Below, in pieces: positions 41,202 to 53,225 of a stretch of 64,000 nt of DNA. Position 1 is the stretch's first letter. Each line of letters starts with the position of its first letter. A model generated the notes under the pieces. The model was given only the letters and a program-made list of their open reading frames with translations, was not told the DNA's origin and searched no databases. The translations under genes were made by a program, and so were the position numbers. Source of the DNA: Octopus sinensis (taxonomy: Eukaryota); NCBI RefSeq assembly GCF_006345805.1, contig NC_043025.1, forward strand, positions 4,030,001 through 4,094,000, written 5' to 3'.

Positions 41202-41610
41202 CTGAAGTACAATTAAGCTATGACCTTTTAATACCAATGATCAACTTCTCATTGTTTACTATTGCTCCATTTCTTTCCTTTCCTATATATATTAAACCAC
41301 AGTTTTACCTTTAAATTACCTACTACGGTATACCTTATAGCTAGGACCATACATAGTGAGGTAATACACAAGGAGTGCCTACGGATGCCGATGCAGTTTC
41401 CTCCGATGCTTATCAACCATCTAAGGGATAAATGCATCCATTGTGTATTACCTCACTATGTATGGTCCTAGCTATAAGGTATACCGTAGTAGGTAATTTA
41501 AAGGTAAAACTGTGGTTTAATATATATAGGAAAGGAAAGAAATGGAGCAATAGTAAACAATGAGAAGTTGATCATTGGTATTAAAAGGTCATAGCTTAAT
41601 TGTACTTCAG

Positions 41611-41684
41611 AACCATTTACAGCTGTTTCTGTTTATCAAATCAAAGTAAATTTGCATTTATCTTGTTCCATCGTCAGAATGATT
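41611..41684 (-). ncRNA. Hammerhead-like fold in the right arm of the large inverted repeat (NF1 sense)
   Basis: Reverse complement of 41128-41201 with one substitution in the stem II region. Confidence 0.55.
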
Positions 41685-42128
41685 TAGAAGAATATAAATA
41701 GGAGAAAAAGGGAAATGAAAGAAAAAGGAAATGGCAAAGGAAAAAGTTTAAGTCATTAGGCTTACATTTTATTGACTTTTTGCTGAAGAAGCCATAAACC
41801 AACAGGTTTGGAATCTGACGATGTGCTGTAAAGCTAAGAGCTTTATGGATGTGAAACCCAGGGTAATCCCATAAACCGGCCTTATCTAACTTCATCATGG
41901 GGACTAACCTAGCGGTCACTAACAGCGTTATATTTGACAATTACCAACACCGGATATCTCCACCAGGTATAACTCCTTCGGCAAACATTGCCGGTCAACT
42001 AGTCATTTTCCCCACTTACTGCTCCATTCATCTAATTGAAGAAACAAACACACATGTGGAACCCAAAAAGTCACTAAAATGTAAGCCGTAACAAACTTTT
42101 TCCTTTTCCTTCTGTTTATATTCTTCTA

Positions 42129-42203
42129 AATCATTCTGATGATGGAATAAGATAAATGCAAAATTTACTTCGATTTGATAAACAGAAACAGCTGTAAATG
42201 GTT
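42129..42203 (+). ncRNA. Third copy of the same hammerhead-like fold
   Basis: AAUCAUU-CUGAUGA...GAAAC agcu GUA-AAUGGUU inside a partial direct copy (about 42075-42300) of the left arm. Confidence 0.5.
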
Positions 42204-42310
42204 CTGAAGTACAATTAAACTATGACCTGCTGCTGCTGCTACTACTACAACAACTACTACTACTACTACAACTTCTCATTGCTTATTATTGCTCCCTTTT
42301 TCTTTTCTTT

Positions 42311-42341
<31 letters not shown>

Positions 42342-42342
42342 C

Positions 42343-42705
42343 GTAGCTGTGTGGTAAGAAGCTTCCTTGCCAACCACATGGTTCCGGGTCTAGTCACACT
42401 GCGTGACACCTTGGGCAAGTGTCTACTACAGTAGCCTCAGGCTGACCAAAGCCTTGTGAGTGGATTTGGTAGATGGAAACTGAAAGAAGCCCATTGTGTA
42501 TGTATGTGTCTGTGTTTGTCCCCCCTCCCACTGCTTGGCAACTGGTGCTGGTGTGTTTATGTCCCTATAACTTAGCAGTTCGGCAAAAAGAAACCGATAG
42601 AATAAGTACAATGCTTATAAAAAAAAAAGTACTGGGGTGGATACATTCAACTAAAAATTCTTCAAAGTGGTGCTCCAGCATGGCCACAGTCTAATGACTG
42701 AAACA
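42343..42705 (+). mobile_element. SINE family 1 (inverted partner of 43060)
   Basis: Family 1 consensus match. Confidence 0.85.
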
Positions 42706-43059
42706 ATAGATATATATATGTACATACATACATATTTACACACACACACATGTATAAATATAGTCTCTATATTGATTGAGCTTAGAGTTGTGTGGGAAGA
42801 AGGGTGTGACCAGGCCCCTACAAACAAAAACCCACCAAGTACGAGAAGCTTCTGCTGGATTGCAGGGAGAAGGCAGGGGCAGTCATGGCAGAAGAGGATT
42901 CCCAGCCCACTCGGTATGGAGGATGCTTACAACCATTGGACTAAAGAGCAAAGGGTGGCACCGGAGCAGAGGATGAGGGAGGCAGCAGAAAGCGCCTCCA
43001 TCAGGAATTGGTTGAAGTAAGACTCAAGAGTCTCAATGAGAATTTCTCTTGTCAGGAAT

Positions 43060-43450
43060 TCTCTTTTACTTGTTTCAGTCATTTGACTGCGGCCATGCTG
43101 GAGCACCGCCTTTAGTCGAGTAAATCGACCTCGGGACTTATTCTTTGTAAGCCCAGTACTTATTCTATCAGTCTCTTTTGCCGAACCGCTAAGTGACGGG
43201 GACATAAACACACCAGCATCAGTTGTCAAGCAATGCTAGGGAGACAAACACAGACACACAAACATATACATACACATACATATATACGACAGGCTTCTTT
43301 CAGTTTCCGTTTACCAAATCCACTCACAAGGCTTTGGTCAGCCCGAGGCTATAGTAGAAGACACTTTCCCAAAGTGCTACGCAGTGGGACTGAACCCGGA
43401 ACCATGTGGTTGGTTAGCAAGCTACTTACCACACAGCCACTCCTGCGCCT
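43060..43450 (-). mobile_element. SINE family 1
   Basis: Family 1 consensus match. Confidence 0.88.
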
Positions 43451-43583
43451 GACAATAAATCCACACACGATTTGAATGCCTTCATGACTCTGTCCCCTAC
43501 AAACACAGAAATGCTGAGTAGCATGGGGTGGGGGTGGGGGTGAAACAGATAGGGGTCGGATAATGAAAGAGGTTTCTACTTAC

Positions 43584-43684
43584 ATCACAGGAAAAACACG
43601 AGGAAAGACAACTGACGCCTCCGCTAAATATTCGTACAATATTCGAGCTTCATTTTCATCTGTTGTGTTACGGACCAAAGTTGC
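43584..43684 (-). CDS. NF1: Neurofibromin exon (101 nt): ATLVRNTTDENEARILYEYLAEASVVFPRVFPV(I)
   Basis: Found by manual reading (too short for the ORF track). Acceptor tttttcaacag, donor gtaagt. Nearly identical to recalled human ATLVKYTTDEFDQRILYEYLAEASVVFPKVFPV. Confidence 0.96.
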
Positions 43685-43995
43685 CTGTTGAAAAAGAGAT
43701 CAGTATACTTGTGGTTTAATACATGGATTCATAAAATCATGTAGCTATCACAGAAAGCTCCTCCAGCGGATTTGGCTAACAGACCACAAAGTAATCTAAT
43801 ACAGAAGAGTATAATGTAGAGTTCCATGCAGCTAGAATCCAGGAGATCTGATCGATGAGATTATTTCATGAGGAGAATATAAACCATAAAAAGTCAGGAG
43901 GTATAGATTTATTTGGTGTAACCAGGATGTTTGGGTGATCTGATTAGCTAGATGTCTGTATCTGCACTGATTTGTAAATATACAATTATATTGTA

Positions 43996-44304
43996 CTAGC
44001 AGTATCGCCTGGCGATGCTCGGGTTTGTAAGGGAAATAACTATATAAGCATTTTTAGAGAGTTACTTCCCTTATATAAACCGAGCAAAAATGCATTAAAA
44101 AAAACGAAAAAATGATGGTAAATCTTTTTTAAAATCATAGACTCATCGTAGACGCGTGCTAATACCGAGAAGGGCTTGATATGAATCACGACTATAAGAT
44201 ACCCGCTGTTGGTTAAACTGCACCGCAAAATGTGGGAGTAGTTAGGAATCTAAATCGGAGTAGACAGACTCTCACACACACAACTTCAGTTTTATATATA
44301 AAGA
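43996..44304 (-). mobile_element. Non-autonomous Helitron
   Basis: TC...CTAG termini at an A|T target; subterminal cccgagcatcgccagg hairpin. Confidence 0.85.
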
Positions 44305-45569
44305 TGATGCGTAGCATGCGGTATTAGCACAAACATGTAAACAATACACTGAAATTATTATTACATGATGAAGGTTGCGAAACAACTGTAACCCTAAGGA
44401 TGACACATGATTAAATAAATATATTCACCTGTCATATCTGCTGACTTTTTTATGGCTCAGTTACATTTGTGTGTAAGTGTGGTGGTGGTGGAAGACAGAC
44501 AAACAGCGAATGAGAAAGCAGTGTGAAAATGGACATACATAATTATATATTTGTGTAAAGTCACATTTCATACATGTTTGACTGTAATCAGTAGGACTAA
44601 AACAATATATATATATATACACACACATACACGTATAAATATACTCTCTGAATTGATTAAGCTTAGAGTCAGGTGGGAAGAAGGGTGTGATAAGATCTTT
44701 CACTGCAAGAAGAGTTCCGGGAGAAAATTCTCCACCAAGACTCATGTAAAAACATGACTTTATACAAATATATTTAATTCAAAGCTGTTTTATGCCAAAT
44801 TAATTTTTGCACCAGGCCCCATTGACAGTTTCTGGGGCTGGGTGCCCTTCCAAATGCTAGCAGGCAAAGTGAGAAAACAAAATGTGAATAAATAATATCA
44901 TCATCATCATCATCATCATCATTTAGCATCCGCTTTCCATGCTAGCATGGGTTGGACGGTTCAACTGGGGTCTGGGAAGCCAGAAGGCTACACCAGGCCC
45001 AGTCTGATCTGGCAATGTTTCTACAGCTGGATGCCCTTCCTAACGCTAACCACTCCGTGAGCGTAGTCGGTGCTTTTTACGTGCCAGACGGGGCTGGCAA
45101 ACGGCCACAGATGGATGGTTTGCTTACGTGCCACTGGCACTGGTATCACAGCTGCAATTTCCATTCATGTTGATCGACTTCGATTTTGGCTCTGATTTCT
45201 GATTTCCACTTGCCTCAACGGGTCTTCACAAGTGGAGTTTTTTGTCCTAAGAAGGAAAGGTATGCATAAGTCGACTGGCTACATCCCAGGTAGAGGCCAC
45301 AGGTTATGGTCTCACTAGTCCTGCCGGGTCTTCTTAGGAATTAATCCTGCTTCAACGATGGGACTGCATACTCTTACAATGATAACATCAGATAGGTGCA
45401 AGAAGCTAGATCTAACAGAAAATTTGGGGCCAAATATGGCTAGTTTAAATGCTAAAGGGTTAATCAAGGAATGGGCATGAGGGTCCAGCCAAGTAAAATA
45501 GGAATCAAAGCAGTCCATAGGTAAAAAAAAAAAAAAAAGAGGTCGAGAACCACTGATGTGAGTACTTAC

Positions 45570-45806
45570 CAAGACAGTGAGTACGAGGACTTGCGTATCG
45601 TAACCTGTCAGCACTTCAGGATCTAGCAACACGTTGTTTTCATTCGACACCGATCCACGTCCGCTGCGCGGCAAGTTCAAGCCGGACTTGGAGCTGTCTA
45701 ACTTCTTTGAGCCTGGGGTTGGCATGGAACTGCTACGAGTCTTAAACAATGGCGGCCGGGTGGAAGAATCTGCATCAAAGCTACGCCAAACTTTGGGACT
45801 GTTCAC
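45570..45806 (-). CDS. NF1: Neurofibromin exon (237 nt, phase 0/0): VNSPKVWRSF...GSVSNENNVLLDPEVLTGYDTQVLVLTVL
   Basis: Acceptor ttgctgcag, donor gtaagt. The peptide matches the recalled neurofibromin C-terminal motif VSxESNVLLDxEVL...QALxLTVL, and the frame continues into the next exon. Confidence 0.95.
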
Positions 45807-48800
45807 CTGCAGCAAAGAAACACAGGAAGCAAAAGTAGAAAAGGGACTCCATAAAATGTTGGAGATGAAGAGATGTTTGAAGATGGATGAGGCAAGAGGG
45901 AAAAATTGTAAATTTATTTGGAAAGACACAACAAATGGAGCTTTTTCAATTTTTCATTACAAACAAAAATGTCAGGTTTAGAATGAAATAATATAAATAA
46001 AATAAAAATAGGATAGAAATATGAGTTACCTTAATGGGAAATATCCAAAGCAGAGAGAAATAAAATTTAAAGATGTCGAAAATTACATGAGAATCACATG
46101 AGATGGGTTACATCATGGCACATGTGGTACTGATTGAAATCCCCCCACACACAAAACAATACCTTCAAAAACTTTAGACTCTTGCTGCTGTTGCAACTAC
46201 TACTACTACTAGTGTTGTCTAAGGGTCTTGAATGAAGTTGTAGCGTAGACTCGGTTGAAATTCCTCACTTCCGTTTATTATATATACACGCATTTGAACG
46301 TAGCAGGGAACAGCTAGCCTTTGGCCGCTATTTGGATCCTGTTGTGTCCATTACTCTGATTGGTTGATATTGGGGCAATTTGTCTCTTACTCAACTGTGC
46401 CAATTGTCACATATAACTAGCCGGAGTCCCTAAATAGGATCACAAGGGGCAACCTGTTTACCACCCTGTTTTAAGTCTACAGCTACTTGTAAAAACTCAG
46501 CTATTCCTCCTTCCGAGGTGTTAGGTTCCAGACCTTCTAAGGTCTAGCCACTGACCACAAAGACACAGCCAGTTCCAGTGACAATGCCAGACAACCTCCA
46601 CCACCACAGCAGCAGCTATGTCCGAATGCACGTATATCGAATATATGGGAGAGAGGAATTTCACCTGCATCTATGCTACAAAGTCATCCTATCTGTTAAG
46701 TCCCTTTCAGAGAGAGAGGGGGGAGAGGAGAGACAGAGAGAGAAAATGAAAGAAACATTTGAAGCTTCCGAGGTCAAATAAGTCAGCATGAAAGCAGCAA
46801 TGCCAATTCGAGTGCAAACAGAATCAAGGGAAACCTCAAAGTCTGTATTCTGGAGAGACAGAAGAATGCAGACAGAATGGGAAAACAGAAACATGTCTAA
46901 TGCTATGAAGGTCTCTCTCTGCTGGTGCTTTATTGGAGGACGATAAAAGGTGGGTTGTACCATGGCAGGATGGTGACGTCTACCATCAGCCAGTGTTGCC
47001 GTTAGCATCAACAACCAAAGTGATAACGTCCAACTTGGGTCAAAATCCAAACAGGACGAGGTGCAGGAGTTGCTGTGTGGTCAAGATACCTACTTTCCAG
47101 CCTGGTGGTTCCAGGATCAGTTTCCACCATATATTTATCTATATATATATCTTTTACCTTTTGCTTGCTTCAGGCAGTTGACTGTGGCCATGCTGAAGCA
47201 CTGTCTAGACTCCACTGCTTTATTTTTTGTGAGCCTGGTACTTATCGCTGAACCACTTCTTATTTCTTTACTCCCCACAAGGGGCTACACACAGAGGGGA
47301 CAAACAAGGACAGACAAAGGGATTAAGTCGATTATATCGACCCCAGTGCGCAACTGGTACTTATTTAATCGACCCAGAAAGGATGAAAGGCAAAGTCGAC
47401 CTCGGCGGATTTTGAACTCAGAACATTCAGACAGACGAAATACCGCTACACATCTCGCCCGGCGTGCTAATGTTTCTGCCAGCTCACCGCCTTTTCGCTG
47501 AACAACTTCTGTTACAGGAAGGTAAACAAACCAACACTGGTTGTCAAGCAGTGATGGGGGGGGGGCAAACACACATATAATGGGCTTCTTTCAGTTTCTG
47601 TTTACCAAATCTACTCACAAGGCTTTGGTTGACCTGAGGCTATAGTAGAAGACACTTGCCCAAGGTACCATGCAGTGGAACTGAACCCGGAACCATTTGA
47701 TTGGGAAGCAGACTTCTTACCAGACAGCCAATGCTTTGCAATATTGATTCTCACTCTTTGCACACTGAGTTCAAATCCTGCAGAGGACCAACACAGATCA
47801 GTATGAAACATGAATGTTAAACAACGATGATGATGATGGTGATACACACAATAGGCTTCACACAGTTTCCATCTGCCAAATCAACTCACAAGGCATAGGT
47901 TGGCTTGGGGTTATAGTAAAAGACATGCCTAACATGACATGCACTGAGATCAAACCAGGAGCCACATGGTGGCAAAGTGAGATTCTTCACCTCATGATCA
48001 CGTCTGCACCAATATTTTTTCAAGAATGTTAAATGTCCACTACATTTACTGTTTGTCTTGTCAACAACATTCACTCTTTATCCCAGCACCATCACCAACA
48101 ACAACAACATCCAATACAAAGCAATGATTATCTTCAAAAATGTAAAACTGGTTGGATACACAAAAATTTTGCTTTTCATCTGATTTGACTTGTGAGGAAC
48201 TTCTTGATTTATTCAAAATATATATATACATATAAAGAGAGAAAGAGAGAGGGAGAGAAAGAAAGAGAGATACATATAACATATTGTCTTCTCTGTAAAA
48301 TGGTTGGCATTAGGAAGGGCATCCAGTCATAGAAACCATGCCAAAGCAGACCTCATTGGTGCTGGTGCCATGAATAACATAGCCAGTCCACTCTGGAAAG
48401 TGGCTGGCATTAGGAAGGGTTTCCGGCCATAGAAATCATATGAAAACAAAGGCGCCTGGTGTGGTCTTCTTGCGCTGCCAGCACCGATCAAACTGGCCAA
48501 CCCATGTCAGCATGGAAAACAACTGTTGAATGATTATAAAATGTATATACACAGACACACAGACAAGACACGAGCTGTCATGTGACGTGCAACATGATGA
48601 CAAAATGCAGAGTAGCAGTGCAATGAGAAATATATATTCAACAGAAACAAGAAAGGTGCCATAAAAACAATATGAAAAAATGATAAATAAAAATGTCTTG
48701 TCATGTGACACCATGACAACAACAAGAAGAACAACAATTAAATAATGTAAAATATGAAATTTCAAATAGACATTTCTGTCCTATTACATCATATATGTAT

Positions 48801-48967
48801 AATAGATGTGTATATACAAATATATATATAGCCATATATGTGAACATCTCCACAGACATCTCAAAAGTAAACAGAGATAACTTATTTATATATGTTTATA
48901 TATATATATATATTATGGAGATGTACTTGCATAGCAAGTGACTTAATCTGAGATCGTGTGCTGGAAC

Positions 48968-49284
48968 AAAAACAGTTGCAGCATGGAAGGTGTTTGTAAG
49001 CCATTTAAGAAACACACAAAAACCGTTAGATTCACTTCAACATTTAAATTTAATTTGTCAAAATATTTTCATCGCTTTGAGACTGCGGCCTGTTCACTGA
49101 CAAAACTTCGTGCTGCCAAAGGTAATCCCATAATCCGGCCTTCCTCATTTTGTCAGTGAACAGGTCGCGGTCTCAAAGCGATGAAAATATTTTGACAAAT
49201 TAAACTTAAATGTTGAAGTGAATCGAACGGCTTTTGTGTGTTTCTTAAATGGCTTATAAACACCTTCCATGCTGCAATTGTTTA
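48968..49284. mobile_element. Fold-back element with arms of about 135 bp, HHR-derived
   Basis: The arms are reverse complements around a spacer near 49105-49148. Confidence 0.7.
49149..49199 (+). ncRNA. Hammerhead fold with swapped G3-C8 core (GUGAACA)
   Basis: UUUGUCA-GUGAACA-G-GUCGC ggucucaaa GCGAU-GAAA-A ua U-UU-UGACAAA: 7-bp stem I, 5-bp stem II, palindromic AAUAUU stem III. A mirror copy lies on the minus strand at 49054-49104. Confidence 0.62.
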
Positions 49285-49537
49285 TATATATACACACATA
49301 CACACATATATACACACACACACATATAGATATTGATACAGTCCTCTGGCTTGCCAGCTTGTATCAAACCATCCAATCCATGCCAGTATAAAAAACATGT
49401 TAAATGATGATAATATAATTGTGTATATATGTGTGTATAAATATATATATATGTTATATATATATATATACACACCCATCTACATGAATACAGATATACA
49501 TGTGTATCTATAAGTATATGCATATGGACATATATAC

Positions 49538-49652
49538 TTTATTTAAAGCAGCAGAAAATTCAACAAAACCTGAGTTTCCCGTTGCCGTTCATCGGCAACG
49601 GGAAACTCAGAGTAACAGGTTTTGTTGAATTTTCTGCTGCTTTAAATAAAGC
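49538..49652. repeat. Nested perfect palindrome of about 115 bp
   Basis: Outer arms ctttatttaaagcagcagaaaattcaacaaaacctg and its complement; inner 16-bp stem gagtttcccgttgccg / cggcaacgggaaactc with a 5-nt loop. Confidence 0.85.
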
Positions 49653-50454
49653 ATATTACTCTACCACTGGTATTTGAGTACTCTTTTTTCCACCTTGTTT
49701 CACATTTATGTGTTTACTCCGGTATATATATATACACACATGCATACACATATATGTATATGCATGAGTGTGCATAAATTTACGTATATAAAATGTTTGG
49801 CACCAATTTCATTTATGCAAGGGCAATGAATGAAGGATACCACATTAGAAGGCCAAAACAGAGCTGAATAGTGATGGGATTTATAAAAGACAAACAGACA
49901 GACAAATGCTAAAATAGAAGGGGTAAAAAGGCAAAGGTGATGGGGTAGAAAGAAGTAATTACAGAGACTCTTAAATTGATGGGACCACATCTTGCAAGAC
50001 GCAGAAACAGTTATGGCACACAGTGCCATAAAGCAATTAGTTGAGATGTAATTAGGGTTTGGACTACGTTAATGAAGCAGAATATTCTGAGACAAAAGCA
50101 AAATCCTCTATCAAGCATTTATTGCTCTGGGGAAGGCATCTGACAGGGTACCAAACTTTGTTATGGTATAAGGCATTATGTTGGCACCACCTGTTTGAAA
50201 TTGCCGATTTCAAGCTTCTTTCAGTTTCCATGTACCAAATCCACTCAAGACTTTGGTCAGCCTGAGGCTATAGTAGAAGACACTTGTCCAAGATGCCATG
50301 CAGTGGGACTGAACCTGGAACCACGTGGTTGGGAAGCAAGCTTTTTAATGTGCTCTTCTCTCTCTCACTGAATTTCTCTGTTTACTTCTAGGTTTTTTTT
50401 TTTCCTTTTCTGTATGTCTGTGTAATGGTCTCACTTTCTCTCTCCATTCAATTC

Positions 50455-50790
50455 AATGAGGATAGATTAAAGAAGCTTTAAAGATAGATTTAAGGCGGCG
50501 AGCTGGCAGAAACGTTAGCACGCTGGGCGAAATGCTTAGCAGTGTTTCATCTGCCACTACATTCTGAGTTCAAATCCCGCCGAGGTCAACTTTGCCTTTC
50601 ATCCTTTCAGGGTCGATAAATTAAGTACCAGTTATGCACTGGGGTCGATATAATCGTCTTAATCTGTTTGTCTGTCCTTGTTTGTCTCCTCTGTGTTTAG
50701 CCCCTTGTGGGTAGTAAAGAAATAAGATTAAAGAAGCTCGTCCTTGAGGATCTGCACCAACCCACAAAGAAACTGGCCCAGCAAACTAAA
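50455..50790 (+). mobile_element. Possible mariner HTH fragment split by a SINE (50491-50724, 14-bp TSD agattaaagaagct)
   Basis: The rejoined frame reads EDRLKKLVLEDLHQPTKKLAQ, similar to the mariner DxLKxLVExDPxQTTRELA motif. The TSD is directly visible. Confidence 0.4.
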
Positions 50791-51144
50791 CCTGGCACTC
50801 TGTCAGTTACAATGATGAGGGTTCCAGCTGATCTGATCAATGGAACAGCCTGCTTGTGAAATTAACATGCAAGTGGCTGAGTGCTCCACAGACACGTGTA
50901 CCCTTAATGCAGTTTTCAGGGCGATTCAGCTGCACACAGAATGGCCCTTTGAGTTTACAGGATAACTTATTTTTGTGAGCTGAATGGAGAGGAGCCATAA
51001 AGTGAAATAAAGTGTCTTGCTCAAGGACCTTACAATCATCAGCCAAATGTGGAAGGACATGGCTCAGTGGTCAGGGTGTTGGACTTACAATCATAAGACT
51101 GTCGTTTCAAATCCTGGAATGGGCAATGTTGTGTTTTGCTATCA

Positions 51145-51785
51145 ACAAAAAAGGTTCTCAGAACAATCCAGTGTCGAATCAACCATTGACATTTGATCCG
51201 AGTTTAGATAAAACTTGCAAACCTTCATCACTGACTAGCAAACTAGAAGGCACTAAACATCTTGTGTTACAGACTGCTCAGAGTTCAACACCAATGCTGC
51301 TAGCTTCAAATGTACAGTCAGGGCACCTGCAGCACTTGAAACAGCTGCAGCTGTCACAACATAAACTGCAACTTAAAGCCCAACAGTCACAGGCTCAAAC
51401 TCAGACATCCCAACCTTCTACACTTAAACTGCAGCAGGGTATTCAGATTCAACCATCGAAAATTTTGCAGAGCTCTTCACTGCAGCAGCCAACCAAGATG
51501 CTACAGAATCGGTGGGTTCAACAGATGAAGCTGTCTCATAACCAACAATTGTTGCAGTCGGCTGCAAAGTTGACTCAGCAGTCACAGTCAGTTGGGAAAT
51601 TACCAACAACTCAGAACTCCCATAAATCGCCTGCATCGACTCCGCCTCAAAAGACAGCATCTGGATTGAAGGGGACCGTAACACCTGCACTAACATCTCT
51701 CAAAACCAAACCAGATACTGGTCCGACTTCACCAATTGCTAGTCAGCAGTCCATTGATGACAAAACTATTGAACATAGAACTTAG
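51145..51785 (+). CDS. Q/S/T/K-rich open frame antisense to NF1 (nested gene exon or captured mRNA fragment)
   Basis: About 210 non-microsatellite codons without a stop, stop TAG at 51783-51785, AATAAA near 51998. The 5' part of the tracked ORF (51012-51140) is SINE-derived and no strong acceptor is seen. Confidence 0.45.
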
Positions 51786-52854
51786 TGTGTGTATGTATGT
51801 ATGTGTATATATATATATATATATATACGCATATACACACACGTTCACTTTTTTTTTTTTTTTTTTTTTTGTTACCTTTCTCTCATTAGCAACTGTGTTG
51901 CTTTTCTTTGTCTGCCTACTAGTTAAGTTTCTGCTGAAAGCAAGGCAATAATTGCTAATTAGATTCATTTTGAAGCCTTTCTCTAATAATTGAAATGAAT
52001 AAAGTGGTTTGTGGTGCTGTCAGTCAGTTAACAGAATTGGTGGAACAGCATTTTGTATGTTGGGGGGGGGGTATGGGTCGTATCTGAACCCTAGACTGAC
52101 TACATTACAGTAGTGAAACATACTTCTGATTTCAAGTGTTGCTGGGATTGACATTTTTCATCTCTTTGTGGTGAGAAAAAATGTATCAGTAATACAATGG
52201 TTTCATATGGGCTGTTCCTGAAGTAACTTAATTTCCCATTGCTCCAATCCACCCAGATGCCAAAACTGAGTAATCCAGTGACGGATTGGGGTCCCATCCA
52301 GGTAAGGAATTTATATGCCATGGAAAACAGGAAACTAGCCCTTATGACCCTGAGAAGGTAACTGTTACCTTTTTTTTAAAATTATGAACCAAATAGCCCA
52401 ACTACAGAACCATTTGCCCCTACAACTGGCCCCGCAGATGGGTAGCTCTTGTCATACCATTACCTATTTCTTTATTAACCACAAGGGGTTAAACAAGGAC
52501 AGACATAGGTATTAAGTCGATTGCATCGAACCAGTGCGTAACTGGTACTTAATTTATTGACCCCGAAAGGATGAAAGGCAAAGTCGACCTCAGCGGAATT
52601 TGAACTCAGAACGTAACAGCAGACACAATACTGCTAAGCATTTCGCCCGACTTGCTAACTATTCTACCAGCTTGCCGCCTCCATCGTCATACCATTACTT
52701 GTCACCTCCACTTAATAGGTAAGGACCAAAAACTCAGTGCACAGCTGTTGATAGAGACAAAAGTTCAACAGACAAAAAGGAACAACTTTCTCTGCCAACC
52801 CAATAAATTTGTCTTCCAGCTTCGCTAAGAGACACAGCTGCTTGCTCTTCCTTT

Positions 52855-53225
52855 CTCTTATTCTGTGTTTCAGTCACTTGACTGTGACCATGCTGGAGCA
52901 CCGCCTTTAGTCGAACAAATTGACCCCAAGACTCATTCTTTGTAAGCCTAGTACTCATTCTATCGGTTTCTTTTGCCGAACTTCTAAGTTACAGGGGTGT
53001 AAACACACCAACACTGGTTGTCAAGCAATGGTGTGGGGACAAATACAGACACACACATACATAAATATAATTACATGACAGGCTTCTTTCAGTTTCCGTC
53101 TACCAAATCCACTCACAAGGCATTGGTCAGCCTGAGGCTATAGTAGAAGACACTTGTCCAAGGTGCCATGCAGTGGGACTGAACCTGGAACCATGTGGTT
53201 GGGAAGCAAGCCTCTTACAACACAG
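52855..53225 (-). mobile_element. SINE family 1
   Basis: Family 1 consensus match. Confidence 0.85.

Larger units (their letters stand above)
40943..41875. repeat. Near-perfect inverted repeat: arms 40943-41371 and 41441-41875, 69-bp spacer
   Basis: Manual alignment shows 2 substitutions and one 6-bp indel over about 430 bp. Confidence 0.95.

Noticed and set aside
46835-46849. Possible 15-nt microexon NTDFE after a strong polypyrimidine acceptor
   Set aside because: The donor (gtttcc) is poor and the similarity to human ETDYE is too short to support.
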